A stretch of 64,000 nt of DNA from Flavobacteriales bacterium (GTDB lineage: Bacteria; Bacteroidota; Bacteroidia; Flavobacteriales_D; Sanyastnellaceae), in contig JAWXCI010000001.1 of the NCBI GenBank assembly GCA_034408895.1, positions 16,638 to 80,637 on the forward strand, in the 5' to 3' direction. Below the pieces are notes generated by a model, which searched no databases, was not told where the DNA came from, and saw only the letters and a list, made by a program, of their open reading frames with translations. A program made the translations under genes and the position numbers. Position 1 is the stretch's first letter. Each line of letters starts with the position of its first letter. Below are positions 27,970 through 37,300 of the stretch, piece by piece.

Positions 27970-30237
27970 TCAGCGAAAAATTTGCAAGCGGCTGGTGTGC
28001 GTTCCCAACTCATCAATAAGCTCGACCATGTATTGGCCAATTGTTAGTGATGATGCATCAATGCAAAACGATGTTCCCCCAAATGGGAAAACTGAAATTA
28101 CCCTTCCTGTCATGTCAGATATTTTCAAGATGTGATTGCCTTTTGTGTGTGTTTGGATGCTCACAAAATCCTGGGCCGGGTTGGGGAACATTTCAAAAGA
28201 TGAAGAAGAAAAATCTTCCAAACTCACTGCCACCTCCACGCAAAAGCTGGTGGATTCAATAGCCCCGAACTCTGCGCCTTCGGCCAGCATATTTCCTTCG
28301 TTATCTAACAACTGGTAATTGCCTACACCCCAGAAGCAGCATATTCCATCATTGGCACTATCGAATAGGGTTAATGTGTAGCAACCTGTGGGCAAACAAT
28401 AGGTCTCAATCATCAGTTGGCTTTGTGCCAAATAAGGACCGCCTGAGTATAGTATGTTAAGGTCTTCATCCCTTATTATCCAAGTGGTTTCTTCCGGATA
28501 GTCATCAGTAAGGAGATTAAGTGTAACATCCGTAACGTTTTCAGCAAATGCATTGAAGTCAACGAGCAAAGCATCATTCCCAGCGTTTTCATCGGCCACA
28601 TCATTAGGGTTGGTAACCCACACTTCAAATGTGTTGTTTCCATCTTGCAGCATTTGGGTGGGCAGGTTTATGTCATCGGTTTGGTATTGGTCAAGATTTC
28701 CTGTCCAGTCTATTGTTTCTTCGCTACCGGAGTTCAGTTGATAATGAATGGTTGCTGATGTCAACGTTTCCACTCCGTAGTTGCGAAGAGTGATGGTGGG
28801 CGAAACTGCATTACCGCAAATGGTTGCAGAAATTCCTTCGATATCTGAAAGCCCTGCATCATTGTTCGCAGCCACAAACCCCGTTGGCCAACCATTCAGA
28901 ATTTCAACTCCTGTGTTTCCCGGATCCAGCCACTCGCGCAAGCGGGTGGATGCTGTTGACCCGTTATCCCAACTCACACCAAAACGACCGTAGTAATCGA
29001 AGAGGCCGTTGTTGATGGTGCCTGCACAAGCAGAAGCACCACCATACAATTGACCGATGATTCTGTGATCCTGATTAAAGAGTGGCGAGCCAGATGAGCC
29101 ACCTTCTGTTACTCCGAGTTCCCAGTTGTCCACGTACCACACATCGGCACCGGCCTGGTAACTATGGTAAGGTGCATCTTCATCAAAACAAATTTTCTTG
29201 ACATCGCCAGATGGGTGATGAATGCCTGTTGCCGAGTCTACCGCATCTTCATCATCGCTGTTATCCCATCCTGCAAATTGCACTTCCCAATTTTCCGGTG
29301 GAGTTTCATCCAGAAGAAGCAAACCGAAATCGCTGTCGCCATTGCTTGCTTTTAAATCTGAACCTGAAAGGGCATCAGTTGTGGGGCCGGTGCTTCCTGT
29401 GCAATCATTGTTTTCATGGTTGAAATAGAACACCCAATTTGTTTCGCCTCCAAGGCAATGGTTGGCGGTAAGGAAATAAGGAGTGCCATCGTTGGCGGTG
29501 TTGTTTACCAACGCACCTGTGCACACCGCCCAGCCACCATCGGTGATAAGCGCCACCGATTGGTTTTCCACTTGCCAGTCGTCTGCCTCCGGGCAATTTA
29601 CATTGATATTGCATGCACCGCTGTTGCCAAATGGCCCCCGAGCCTGATCAGCATTCACCTCATTTAGTTTCGATGTGAGGCCACGGTAGCCATGAATGAT
29701 TTCACCGATGCGCAGTTGGCCATAATCTGTAGCATCCATTGCAATGCGATATTCTACTACGATGCGATCGGAGTTGATCATGCCCACTGCCAGTTCGCCA
29801 TGTTCTTTATTGTTGAGGTGGTTGATGGCACCGCGGTACACGGTGCGCGCATCATCCCAGATATAAACATTTCCACCTTTGGGAATACGGAACTCGCTAA
29901 AGAAAAGGCTGATGGATATTGCTCCGGGACATGCGATACCCAATTGCCACACCGCCAGATTTTCGTCAGGGTAGAAATTCCATGCACCTGAGTTTTCGAT
30001 GGAATAATCTGTGGGATGTTCCACACCAAAACGGTAAGGTGCTTCTTTAAATTGATCAGTTACTGCGTCTTCAGCAGCAAGTTGTACACGATCAATCGCT
30101 GAGGTTTCTATGAAAGGAATATCGGTTGATAGATGTTTATCTGCCCAGTTGAGCGGCTCGCCACCGTGGTTGAGTTGTGCATACGTTCCAGCGGTGCACA
30201 GGGTGAACATTGTCATTGCAAGTAAATTCTTCATCAT
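27970..30237 (-). CDS. Secreted trypsin-like (S1, lysyl-endopeptidase-like) serine protease with a T9SS C-terminal sorting domain
   Basis: Signal MMKNLLAMTMFTLCTAGTYAQ at ATG 30237. Catalytic His in FLTANHC and Ser in GGSSGSPLF. The C-terminus FPNPAQDFVSIQ...GQYMVELIDELGTHTSRLQIFR resembles a type A T9SS sorting domain. Confidence 0.8.
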   Translation of the reverse strand: MMKNLLAMTMFTLCTAGTYAQLNHGGEPLNWADKHLSTDIPFIETSAIDRVQLAAEDAVTDQFKEAPYRFGVEHPTDYSIENSGAWNFYPDENLAVWQLGIACPGAISISLFFSEFRIPKGGNVYIWDDARTVYRGAINHLNNKEHGELAVGMINSDRIVVEYRIAMDATDYGQLRIGEIIHGYRGLTSKLNEVNADQARGPFGNSGACNINVNCPEADDWQVENQSVALITDGGWAVCTGALVNNTANDGTPYFLTANHCLGGETNWVFYFNHENNDCTGSTGPTTDALSGSDLKASNGDSDFGLLLLDETPPENWEVQFAGWDNSDDEDAVDSATGIHHPSGDVKKICFDEDAPYHSYQAGADVWYVDNWELGVTEGGSSGSPLFNQDHRIIGQLYGGASACAGTINNGLFDYYGRFGVSWDNGSTASTRLREWLDPGNTGVEILNGWPTGFVAANNDAGLSDIEGISATICGNAVSPTITLRNYGVETLTSATIHYQLNSGSEETIDWTGNLDQYQTDDINLPTQMLQDGNNTFEVWVTNPNDVADENAGNDALLVDFNAFAENVTDVTLNLLTDDYPEETTWIIRDEDLNILYSGGPYLAQSQLMIETYCLPTGCYTLTLFDSANDGICCFWGVGNYQLLDNEGNMLAEGAEFGAIESTSFCVEVAVSLEDFSSSSFEMFPNPAQDFVSIQTHTKGNHILKISDMTGRVISVFPFGGTSFCIDASSLTIGQYMVELIDELGTHTSRLQIFR

Positions 30238-30413
30238 AAAATTGTTGCTGATTTTTTCCAGATACAAATAAAACGTGAGATGCACTACCGGGGTTGCGGT
30301 AATTGTGGAAATATCAAACAAAGGGTGGTGGGATTTCAAATGGATGGATTCCCCTTCCCGAAGAATCGGGGGAGGATGTGCGGGTTTGGAGACTTCTTAA
30401 AAGACCGCATGAT

Positions 30414-30728
30414 TCAGCGACCGTAGGCAAATTTCAGCAATGGCCAGTTTTGTTTTGTTTGTGTAGAAAACCCAATATGCTTAATAGCTGACCATGGAAT
30501 CATTTGCAACAATGCACTCTCTGCACTTTGACTATAAATTTTCAAGAGGAAGTCATTCTGGTAATTAAGTTCGTGTGATGGATCTATCGCCATCATTTTA
30601 TCAGCTAAATAGAAAATGTTAATACTGTATCCATCCTTTGGGCTGAAGAAGTATTCCACTCTTTCTCTGACCATGAACGGCTCTAGATGAGTTATCCAGA
30701 AGCCTTTGATGTTTATGCCGCTTGCCAT
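30414..30728 (-). CDS. Hypothetical 104-aa protein
   Basis: ATG start and balanced composition. I recognise no family. Confidence 0.4.
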   Translation of the reverse strand: MASGINIKGFWITHLEPFMVRERVEYFFSPKDGYSINIFYLADKMMAIDPSHELNYQNDFLLKIYSQSAESALLQMIPWSAIKHIGFSTQTKQNWPLLKFAYGR

Positions 30729-30799
30729 ATATAATAGGTATAATTCGTTTCGCTAATCAGGGCACGCGCAGCGCTCACCTTCAATTCTTAATTCCCTTA

Positions 30800-31231
30800 C
30801 TACCCCTTCACCACTTTATAATGCACCGTATCTCCACTCGCATTCTTTATTATCATAAACGGTGTTAGGTCTGACCATCCCCGGCTTAATGCTGTGACAT
30901 TAGTTAATGAGGTGCCTTCGGCAATGGTGATCCAGGTGGTGGGTTCGCCTGTGGTGGTGTCGCTGAAGTCTATCTGGTAAGGGAGTATGGGGTCGCCAAA
31001 GACGCTGAATATATGGGTGCTCTGTATTTCCGGGAAATCCGGATTCGCGTTGAGGCCTGGGCCCAGGTCGTCCTCTCGGATATTGCCGCTGCCATTGGCG
31101 CTATCATATATTATATAGTTATTGTATTTGGTTTCGTTTTCGTCATCGTATTTATCTTTGCCGAAAGATGCCAGGCGCACGAGTCCACTTGTTTTTCTGC
31201 GATACTCATTGTCATTTTCTTTAATAATCAA
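30800..31231 (-). pseudogene. Probable 5'-truncated gene remnant (143-codon ORF without an ATG)
   Basis: The only starts are TTG 31231 (inside repeat copy 31184-31348) or an internal GTG. The coding-like sequence begins exactly where the repeat ends. The product ..YDSANGSGNIREDDLGPGLNANPDFPEIQ.. is unrecognised. Confidence 0.35.
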
Positions 31232-31348
31232 AAGTAAGATTCACATATTCCTCCGGTACTGCCCGCCCACTTCGAACATGGCCTGCGGTAATTCGCCAAG
31301 GGAACAAGTCTTTACTGCTTCCATGAATTCGGCAAACATGTTTTGGTT
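31184..31348. repeat. Direct repeat copy 1 (pseudo-copy of the icmF 3' end, the spacer and the antitoxin 5' end)
   Basis: Hand alignment with 31888-32052 gives an offset of 704 nt, 158/165 identities and no indels. Confidence 0.9.
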
Positions 31349-31353
31349 GTGCT

Positions 31354-31692
31354 TCATCGTTTCTGTGTCGAATCGAAACTTCTCATGCCGGTCTTCATCG
31401 CTCTCATTTTCTTCTTAGGGTTTCTCCGGGTGTCCCAAATAATGATTACCTGAACCATTTCATCCTTCACGCGGTAGATCATCAGATTGTGTTTTGTCAC
31501 CAGCACTTCATAACAACCACTCGTAATGGAAGCCCTTGATGAAAATGGCTTTTGAGCAATTCGCTTAATGGTAGTGAATGTCTTTTTCAGAAAGTCATCA
31601 ACTACATGTGGCGACCAATTCGCTTCCAGGTATTTAACTACTTCGAAGAAGCCTTGCTTCGCTTTTGGCGACCAGACGACTTTGTATTCCAT
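31354..31692 (-). CDS. ParE/RelE-family type II toxin
   Basis: MEYKVVWSPKAKQGFFEVVKYLEANWS...MIYRVKDEMVQVIIIWDTRRNPKK matches the ParE/RelE pattern. It sits downstream of a small antitoxin gene. Confidence 0.8.
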   Translation of the reverse strand: MEYKVVWSPKAKQGFFEVVKYLEANWSPHVVDDFLKKTFTTIKRIAQKPFSSRASITSGCYEVLVTKHNLMIYRVKDEMVQVIIIWDTRRNPKKKMRAMKTGMRSFDSTQKR

Positions 31693-31919
31693 CGTTGATT
31701 TGCTTCATTAAAAACTTCTTCATTAGAAATGAATTTTCCTGCATCTAACTGAGCTATGCTTTGCTTGAAGTCTGATTTTATCTTGTCGGGGATTTCATCC
31801 CATAAGGTAGCCAGGTTACCATCCAGAAATTTCTCAATCTGATTCAGCATTTTGGGATTGCTGATGTGTAAGAGCCTTCTGCTTAACTCCACTTGTTTTT
31901 CTGCGATACTCATTGTCAT
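31638..31919 (-). CDS. Cognate antitoxin (Bacteroidota addiction-module type)
   Basis: MTMSIAEKQVELSRRLLHISNPKMLNQIEKFL...IAQLDAGKFISNEEVFNEANQRW, starting at ATG 31919. It overlaps the toxin start by 55 nt. Confidence 0.6.
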   Translation of the reverse strand: MTMSIAEKQVELSRRLLHISNPKMLNQIEKFLDGNLATLWDEIPDKIKSDFKQSIAQLDAGKFISNEEVFNEANQRWNTKSSGRQKRSKASSK

Positions 31920-32052
31920 TTTCTTTAATAATGAAAAGTAAGATTCACATATTCCTCCGGTACTGCCCACCCACTTCGAACATGGCCTGCGTCAATTCGC
32001 CAAGCGAACAAGACTTTACTGCTTCCATCAATTCGGCAAACATGTTTTGGTT
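31888..32052. repeat. Direct repeat copy 2 (functional icmF 3' end plus antitoxin 5' end)
   Basis: See copy 1 at 31184-31348. Confidence 0.9.
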
Positions 32053-35000
32053 TTGGATGGCGGCTTGTTGAACGCGCTTCAGTGCCTCGGCAGATTGTGT
32101 TGCGTTCGCAGCTTGCAGGTTCTTCAACATGCTTATCTGGTATTCCTTTTCTTCTTCGGTGGCACGTATCACCTCTTTGGGAAGTATGGTGGGCGAACCT
32201 TTGGATGAAAGGAATGTGTTCACACCGATAATCGGAAAGCGGCCATCGTGTTTCAGTGTTTCGTAGTACAAACTTTCTTCCTGGATTTTACTTCGCTGAT
32301 ACATGGTTTCCATGGCGCCCAACACTCCACCGCGTTCGGTTATCCTGTCGAACTCACTCAACACAGCCGCTTCCACCAGGTCGGTCAACTCATCAATGAT
32401 GAATGAACCCTGCAATGGGTTTTCATTTTTGGCAAGACCTAATTCTTTGTTGATGATGAGTTGAATGGCCATTGCTCTGCGCACGCTTTCTTCGGTTGGA
32501 GTAGTGATGGCTTCATCGTATGCATTCGTGTGCAGCGAATTGCAGTTGTCGTAAATCGCATACAGCGCTTGCAATGTTGTGCGGATGTCGTTGAAGTCGA
32601 TCTCTTGTGCATGCAGTGAGCGACCACTTGTTTGGATGTGGTACTTCAACATCTGAGCGCGTGCATTTGCACCATATTTTTTTGCCAAGGCCTTGCTCCA
32701 TATCCTGCGCGCCACTCTTCCAATCACTGCGTATTCCGGGTCTATTCCATTGCTGAAGAAGAACGAAAGGTTCGGCCCAAACTCGTTGATATCCATACCA
32801 CGCGAGAGGTAATACTCCACGTAGGTGAAGCCATTCGAAAGCGTGAATGCAAGTTGTGTAATGGGGTTCGCACCGGCCTCCGCAATGTGATAGCCGCTGA
32901 TAGAAACCGAATAAAAGTTGCGCACTTTTTTCTCGATGAAATACTCCTGCACATCACCCATAAGGCGCAGCGCAAACTCAGTAGAGAAAATGCACGTGTT
33001 CTGCGCCTGGTCTTCTTTCAAAATGTCGGCCTGTACCGTGCCGCGCACTTGCGAAAGTGTGTAGGCTTTTATTTTTTCGTAAACATCTTTTGGTAAAACT
33101 TCTTCACCGGTGATGCCAATAAGCATTAAGCCGAGGCTATCATTTCCTTCAGGAAGATTTGAGTATTGGGTATTGGGTATTGAGATAGGAGAATCAGCGG
33201 ATTGATATTTCGGTCGTTGAAGTCCATTGTCATCATACTTTGATTTCAGTTTCTTCTCCACTTCCTTTTCCAACTTATTCTCTTTGATGTGTTTCTCGCA
33301 TTGCTGGTCAATGGCGGCATTCATGAAGAACGCAAGCAGCATAGGAGCAGGGCCGTTGATGGTCATGCTCACAGAAGTCTTCGCATCAGCGAGGTCGAAA
33401 CCGGAATACAATTTCTTCGCATCATCAAGACAACAAATGGAAACACCGCTGTTGCCCACTTTACCATAGATGTCCGGACGATGGTCAGGGTCGTTGCCGT
33501 AAAGTGTCACGCTGTCGAAGGCAGTTGACAAACGTTTAGCGGGCAATCCATGACTGACGTAATGAAAACGTTTGTTGGTTCTTTCCGGGCCGCCTTCACC
33601 GGCAAACATCCTTGCGGGGTCTTCGCCTTCACGCTTGAATGGATAGAGACCGGCAGTGTATGGAAATTCTCCCGGCACATTTTCTTGAAGAACCCAATTC
33701 AAAATATCTCCCCAACTGCGGTAAGATGGTGTGACCACCTTAGGAATCATTTGGTGCGAAAGACTTTCGGTATGGGTCTGGATTCGCACTTCTTTATCGC
33801 GCACCATGAATTTGTACTCAGCGTTTTTGTAGAGCGCACGTTTCGCATTCCATGTAGAAATGATTTCCCAATTGTGCGGGTCGAGGTCGAGTTTTATTCT
33901 GTCGAAGGAGGATTTGAGAATGGAAAGTGCTTCGTCATCTTTCTTGTTTGCACTTTCTTCAATCAGTGTGATGGAAGAATTGAGTGCGTAAAGTTTGTCT
34001 GCAATGATGGCTTGTTCATTTGCCCACTTGTCATAAGCACGATTGTTCTCGCTTATCTCGCTCAAGTAGCGTGTCCGGTTTGGTGGGATGATGAAAATCT
34101 TTTCGCTCATCTCGTTGGTGTGGAAGAAAGCTGATTTCAAATCTGCGCCTGTCTTTTCAGCAATTTGATGGATGAGTTTGATGTAGAGTTCGTTGGTTCC
34201 CGGGTCGTTGAATTGTGAGGCAATGGTGCCAACAACAGGCAGCGAATCATCCTCAGCGTCCCACAATTGATGATTGCGTTTGTATTGTTTGCGCACATCC
34301 CGCAATGCATCCTGCGAACCGCGCTTGTCGAATTTGTTTATTGCAACTACATCTGCGAAGTCGAGCATATCAATCTTCTCCAATTGTGTGGCTGCACCAA
34401 ACTCCGGAGTCATTATGTATAAGGCCACATCGCTGTGGTCCATTATTTCTGTGTCGCTTTGTCCAATGCCGGAAGTTTCAAGAATGATTAAATCAAACTT
34501 CGCTGCTTTGAGAATGGCGACTGCTTCTGCAACATGTTTTGATAAAGCAAGATTGCTTTGACGCGTTGCCAGCGAACGCATGTAAACTCTTGGATTGCGA
34601 ATCGAGTTCATGCGAATTCTGTCGCCCAATAATGCTCCGCCCGTTTTGCGTTTAGATGGATCAACGGAAATGATTCCAATGTTTTTATCAGGAAAATCAA
34701 GTAAGAATCTTCGCACGATTTCATCTACCATCGAAGACTTTCCTGAACCACCGGTTCCGGTAATTCCGAGGACAGGTATTACCTCACCCCGGCCCTCTCC
34801 AAAGGCGAGGGAGCGCTTTGCAGCGATGTCCTGAATTTTCTTCAACTCATCTTTGTGCTGTTCGGGATAATTTTCTGCTGCTGAAATCAATCGTGCAATG
34901 GAGCCGTGGTCGTTCGCGCTGAGGTGTCCCACTTCACCATTCAATTGATAACCTGTTGGCACATCACTCTTTTGAACAAGGTCATTTATCATTCCCTGCA

Positions 35001-35394
35001 ATCCCATTGCGCGACCATCATCAGGATGATAAATGCGCGCGATGCCATAGTTCTGAAGTTCTTCTATTTCGGAAGGAAGAATTGTTCCTCCTCCTCCTCC
35101 AAAAATCTTGATATGACTTGCGCCTTTTTCTTTCAGCAAATCATACATGTATTTGAAATACTCTGTGTGCCCGCCTTGATAGGATGTGATGGCAATGGCT
35201 TGTGCATCTTCTTGAATGGCGCAGTTCACCACTTCTTCCACACTGCGGTCGTGGCCGAGGTGGATTACTTCGCAACCTGTGCTTTGTATAATTCTGCGCA
35301 TGATGTTGATGGCTGCATCATGCCCATCGAACAGCGAGGCGGCTGTTACAATGCGGACTTTGTTTTTGGGGCTGTAAGGGGTTTGGACTTGCAT
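31945..35394 (-). CDS. icmF: Fused isobutyryl-CoA/methylmalonyl-CoA-type mutase (B12 domain, MeaB-like GTPase and mutase barrel)
   Basis: 1149 aa. N-terminal B12 motif [17 protein letters not shown]-loop [12 protein letters not shown], and a large C-terminal mutase domain. Confidence 0.9.
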   Translation of the reverse strand: MQVQTPYSPKNKVRIVTAASLFDGHDAAINIMRRIIQSTGCEVIHLGHDRSVEEVVNCAIQEDAQAIAITSYQGGHTEYFKYMYDLLKEKGASHIKIFGGGGGTILPSEIEELQNYGIARIYHPDDGRAMGLQGMINDLVQKSDVPTGYQLNGEVGHLSANDHGSIARLISAAENYPEQHKDELKKIQDIAAKRSLAFGEGRGEVIPVLGITGTGGSGKSSMVDEIVRRFLLDFPDKNIGIISVDPSKRKTGGALLGDRIRMNSIRNPRVYMRSLATRQSNLALSKHVAEAVAILKAAKFDLIILETSGIGQSDTEIMDHSDVALYIMTPEFGAATQLEKIDMLDFADVVAINKFDKRGSQDALRDVRKQYKRNHQLWDAEDDSLPVVGTIASQFNDPGTNELYIKLIHQIAEKTGADLKSAFFHTNEMSEKIFIIPPNRTRYLSEISENNRAYDKWANEQAIIADKLYALNSSITLIEESANKKDDEALSILKSSFDRIKLDLDPHNWEIISTWNAKRALYKNAEYKFMVRDKEVRIQTHTESLSHQMIPKVVTPSYRSWGDILNWVLQENVPGEFPYTAGLYPFKREGEDPARMFAGEGGPERTNKRFHYVSHGLPAKRLSTAFDSVTLYGNDPDHRPDIYGKVGNSGVSICCLDDAKKLYSGFDLADAKTSVSMTINGPAPMLLAFFMNAAIDQQCEKHIKENKLEKEVEKKLKSKYDDNGLQRPKYQSADSPISIPNTQYSNLPEGNDSLGLMLIGITGEEVLPKDVYEKIKAYTLSQVRGTVQADILKEDQAQNTCIFSTEFALRLMGDVQEYFIEKKVRNFYSVSISGYHIAEAGANPITQLAFTLSNGFTYVEYYLSRGMDINEFGPNLSFFFSNGIDPEYAVIGRVARRIWSKALAKKYGANARAQMLKYHIQTSGRSLHAQEIDFNDIRTTLQALYAIYDNCNSLHTNAYDEAITTPTEESVRRAMAIQLIINKELGLAKNENPLQGSFIIDELTDLVEAAVLSEFDRITERGGVLGAMETMYQRSKIQEESLYYETLKHDGRFPIIGVNTFLSSKGSPTILPKEVIRATEEEKEYQISMLKNLQAANATQSAEALKRVQQAAIQNQNMFAELMEAVKSCSLGELTQAMFEVGGQYRRNM

Positions 35395-35447
35395 GGGTTT
35401 CCAATGAATTATTGAACAAATATTATCCGGTCATCTGAGACAATTTT

Positions 35448-35750
35448 TCAAGCAACTTTTCTGCGTTTTGTCTGAGCGTCTTCAAGGCTCCACTTCAAGG
35501 TATAGTAATCGTAATATGTCTGCAAATTGAGCCAGTACAATGCACTTATTTCAAGAGCATGTTCCAGCTTGATTGCTGTGATTGCTGTAATGTTTCGTTT
35601 GCCGGAAATGATTTCGCTTAGTACCGTTGGCGATAAGCCCATTAATTCTGCAACGTACTTTTTTGTCAAACCACGGTACACGATTTCTTCAGCTAAAAAC
35701 TCGCCCGGGTGAGTGACTTCAGTTGGTGTTATTTCGTTTGCTGTTTTCAT
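35448..35750 (-). CDS. higA: HigA-family antitoxin (XRE HTH)
   Basis: 100 aa. Contains HPGEFLAEEI and LMGLSPTVLSEIISGKRNITAITAIKLE. Confidence 0.85.
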   Translation of the reverse strand: MKTANEITPTEVTHPGEFLAEEIVYRGLTKKYVAELMGLSPTVLSEIISGKRNITAITAIKLEHALEISALYWLNLQTYYDYYTLKWSLEDAQTKRRKVA

Positions 35751-35752
35751 TT

Positions 35753-36058
35753 TTAGTGGTAATCTGTTAGTTCTACTATTTCAATTGACACTTCTGATGG
35801 ATTCAATTTTGTGAAGCAAATTCTGAATTGTTTGTTCACTCTTACTGACCATTGACCTTTTCTGTCACCTTTCAATTTTTCAAGATTCAGGGAATTGATT
35901 TTTGCTATTGTTTCAAAATCCGGTGCTGCCAGAAACTGTCTGATTCTTTTCTTGTATTTACTCACTACATCCTCTGCAATTTTGAATTTGAACACGCATT
36001 GATTGATTTCCAATTCATACAACTCCCGTACTTTTTTGTTTTCAAAGCGAACAATCAT
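35753..36058 (-). CDS. higB: HigB-type toxin (killer protein, RelE/ParE superfamily)
   Basis: 101 aa. Contains LKGDRKGQWSVRVNKQFRICF. The toxin-first gene order is typical of higBA. Confidence 0.8.
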   Translation of the reverse strand: MIVRFENKKVRELYELEINQCVFKFKIAEDVVSKYKKRIRQFLAAPDFETIAKINSLNLEKLKGDRKGQWSVRVNKQFRICFTKLNPSEVSIEIVELTDYH

Positions 36059-36179
36059 ACTTCACAAAAGTAGTGAATGTGGTATTTGAGAATTCAACAT
36101 CAAGGTTGTAGATGGTGTGCTCTGTTTCATTCGCTGTTTTCATGTCAACGGATTTATGCGTTTGATGAACAATGCGAAG

Positions 36180-36488
36180 CTAGATTTTAGGAGCGGGAGA
36201 AAGCGGGTAGGGGAGTGAGAGGTTTGAAGTCGGGAGACTTCTTAAAGGAACTGCCGCGAACGTTAGTAATATCGTAATGCTTAAGTTGGAGAAAAAATTG
36301 TCCTTTGTGAAATAGTCGCTTATGTATTTCAGTTTTCCTTCCTGCAATGTATCTTCATCAAATGTGAACAGGCCAAACCACAACCGCCAATTCCAGATGA
36401 GCCAGACTATGATCAGAGTTCCAAAAAACGGATTGCCGAATTTGGATTTGATGTAATCCTTTGTTGAGTCCCACACTTCAGATACCAT
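36180..36488 (-). CDS. Hypothetical 2-TM protein, possibly 3'-truncated
   Basis: MVSEVWDSTKDYIKSKFGNPFFGTLIIVWLIWNWRLWFGLF..FFSNLSITILLTFAAV starts at ATG 36488. The last roughly 25 codons (PLRSLPTSNLSLPYPLSPAPKI) run through a repeat-like element. Confidence 0.35.
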   Translation of the reverse strand: MVSEVWDSTKDYIKSKFGNPFFGTLIIVWLIWNWRLWFGLFTFDEDTLQEGKLKYISDYFTKDNFFSNLSITILLTFAAVPLRSLPTSNLSLPYPLSPAPKI

Positions 36489-36752
36489 AGAATACTTGTT
36501 TAAGGTTCCGCTCACACTCTTCCCCCACAGAAAGGGAATCGCAAGTCGCATATTTAAGCCGACAACAATACAATACTGCGCAGCAGTGGCAGTAAAAGAA
36601 TGGAGAAATCAGCACTGCGTATATTCTCTCCGCGGAAACCTCGGTGGGTTTTATTCAATCTTAGCCAAACCAATTTCATAACATTACACAACGGGAATGC
36701 ACAGAATGTATTCAGAATCTTGCTTCAATTTTGCCCCATAAAAAATTAAACA

Positions 36753-37217
36753 ATGAAAACAACATTATTTACAATCTCATTGGTGGCCATTGTGTTCAAT
36801 GTGTCATCACAAAAGAAAACTGACGTACCAGCTAATGTGAAATCTGCTTTCACATCGGCTTATCCTGAAGCGAAATCGGCATCGTGGGAAATGGAAGACG
36901 CGATGTACGAGGCGGAGTGGAAACAATATGGAATTGAAACTTCGGTTTTGTACAACGCCTCCGCTGCACTGGTTCAAACAGAAACTGAAATTCCCGTTTC
37001 AGAATTGCCGGCAAAAGTTTCTGACTATGTGAAGCAAAGCCTTGGCGGAAAAAAAATATCGGAGGCCACACGCATTGTGGCTGCTACCCGCGCCATCACA
37101 TTCGAAGCAGAAGTAGGCAAAGTGGATTACATTTTTGACGCTGATGGAAATCTACTCAGGCGTGAAGCCGAAGAAGAAGAAGATGATGATGACGATGAAA
37201 ATGGCGAGGAAGACTAG
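36753..37217 (+). CDS. PepSY-like (DUF2874-type) periplasmic protein with an acidic tail
   Basis: Has a signal peptide. Contains VPANVKSAFTSAYPEAKSASWEMED..YEAEW and repeats of that pattern. The C-terminus is EEEEDDDDDENGEED. Confidence 0.6.
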   Translation: MKTTLFTISLVAIVFNVSSQKKTDVPANVKSAFTSAYPEAKSASWEMEDAMYEAEWKQYGIETSVLYNASAALVQTETEIPVSELPAKVSDYVKQSLGGKKISEATRIVAATRAITFEAEVGKVDYIFDADGNLLRREAEEEEDDDDDENGEED

Positions 37218-37241
37218 GCGTTAGCTGTTGCCAGTAAAAAC

Positions 37242-37283
37242 AAACCCCGTCATGCAATTGCGTTGACGGGGTTTCTTTTTTTT
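37242..37283. terminator. Bidirectional rho-independent terminator
   Basis: The sequence is aaaccccgtca-N11-tgacggggttt followed by ctttttttt, with an A-run upstream. It lies between convergent genes. Confidence 0.8.
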
Positions 37284-37300
37284 GACAGGTTGATTTGTCG

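Noticed and set aside
32632-35415. Plus-strand ORFs of 154-194 aa inside icmF
   Set aside because: They are antisense to a 1149-aa gene with B12, P-loop and mutase motifs along its whole length.
30341-36262. Integron-like cassette array (TA genes plus repeated 3' elements)
   Set aside because: I found no integrase gene and no attC-like R''/R' (RYYYAAC...GTTRRRY) core sites in the repeated elements. The genes are interrupted by the large core gene icmF.
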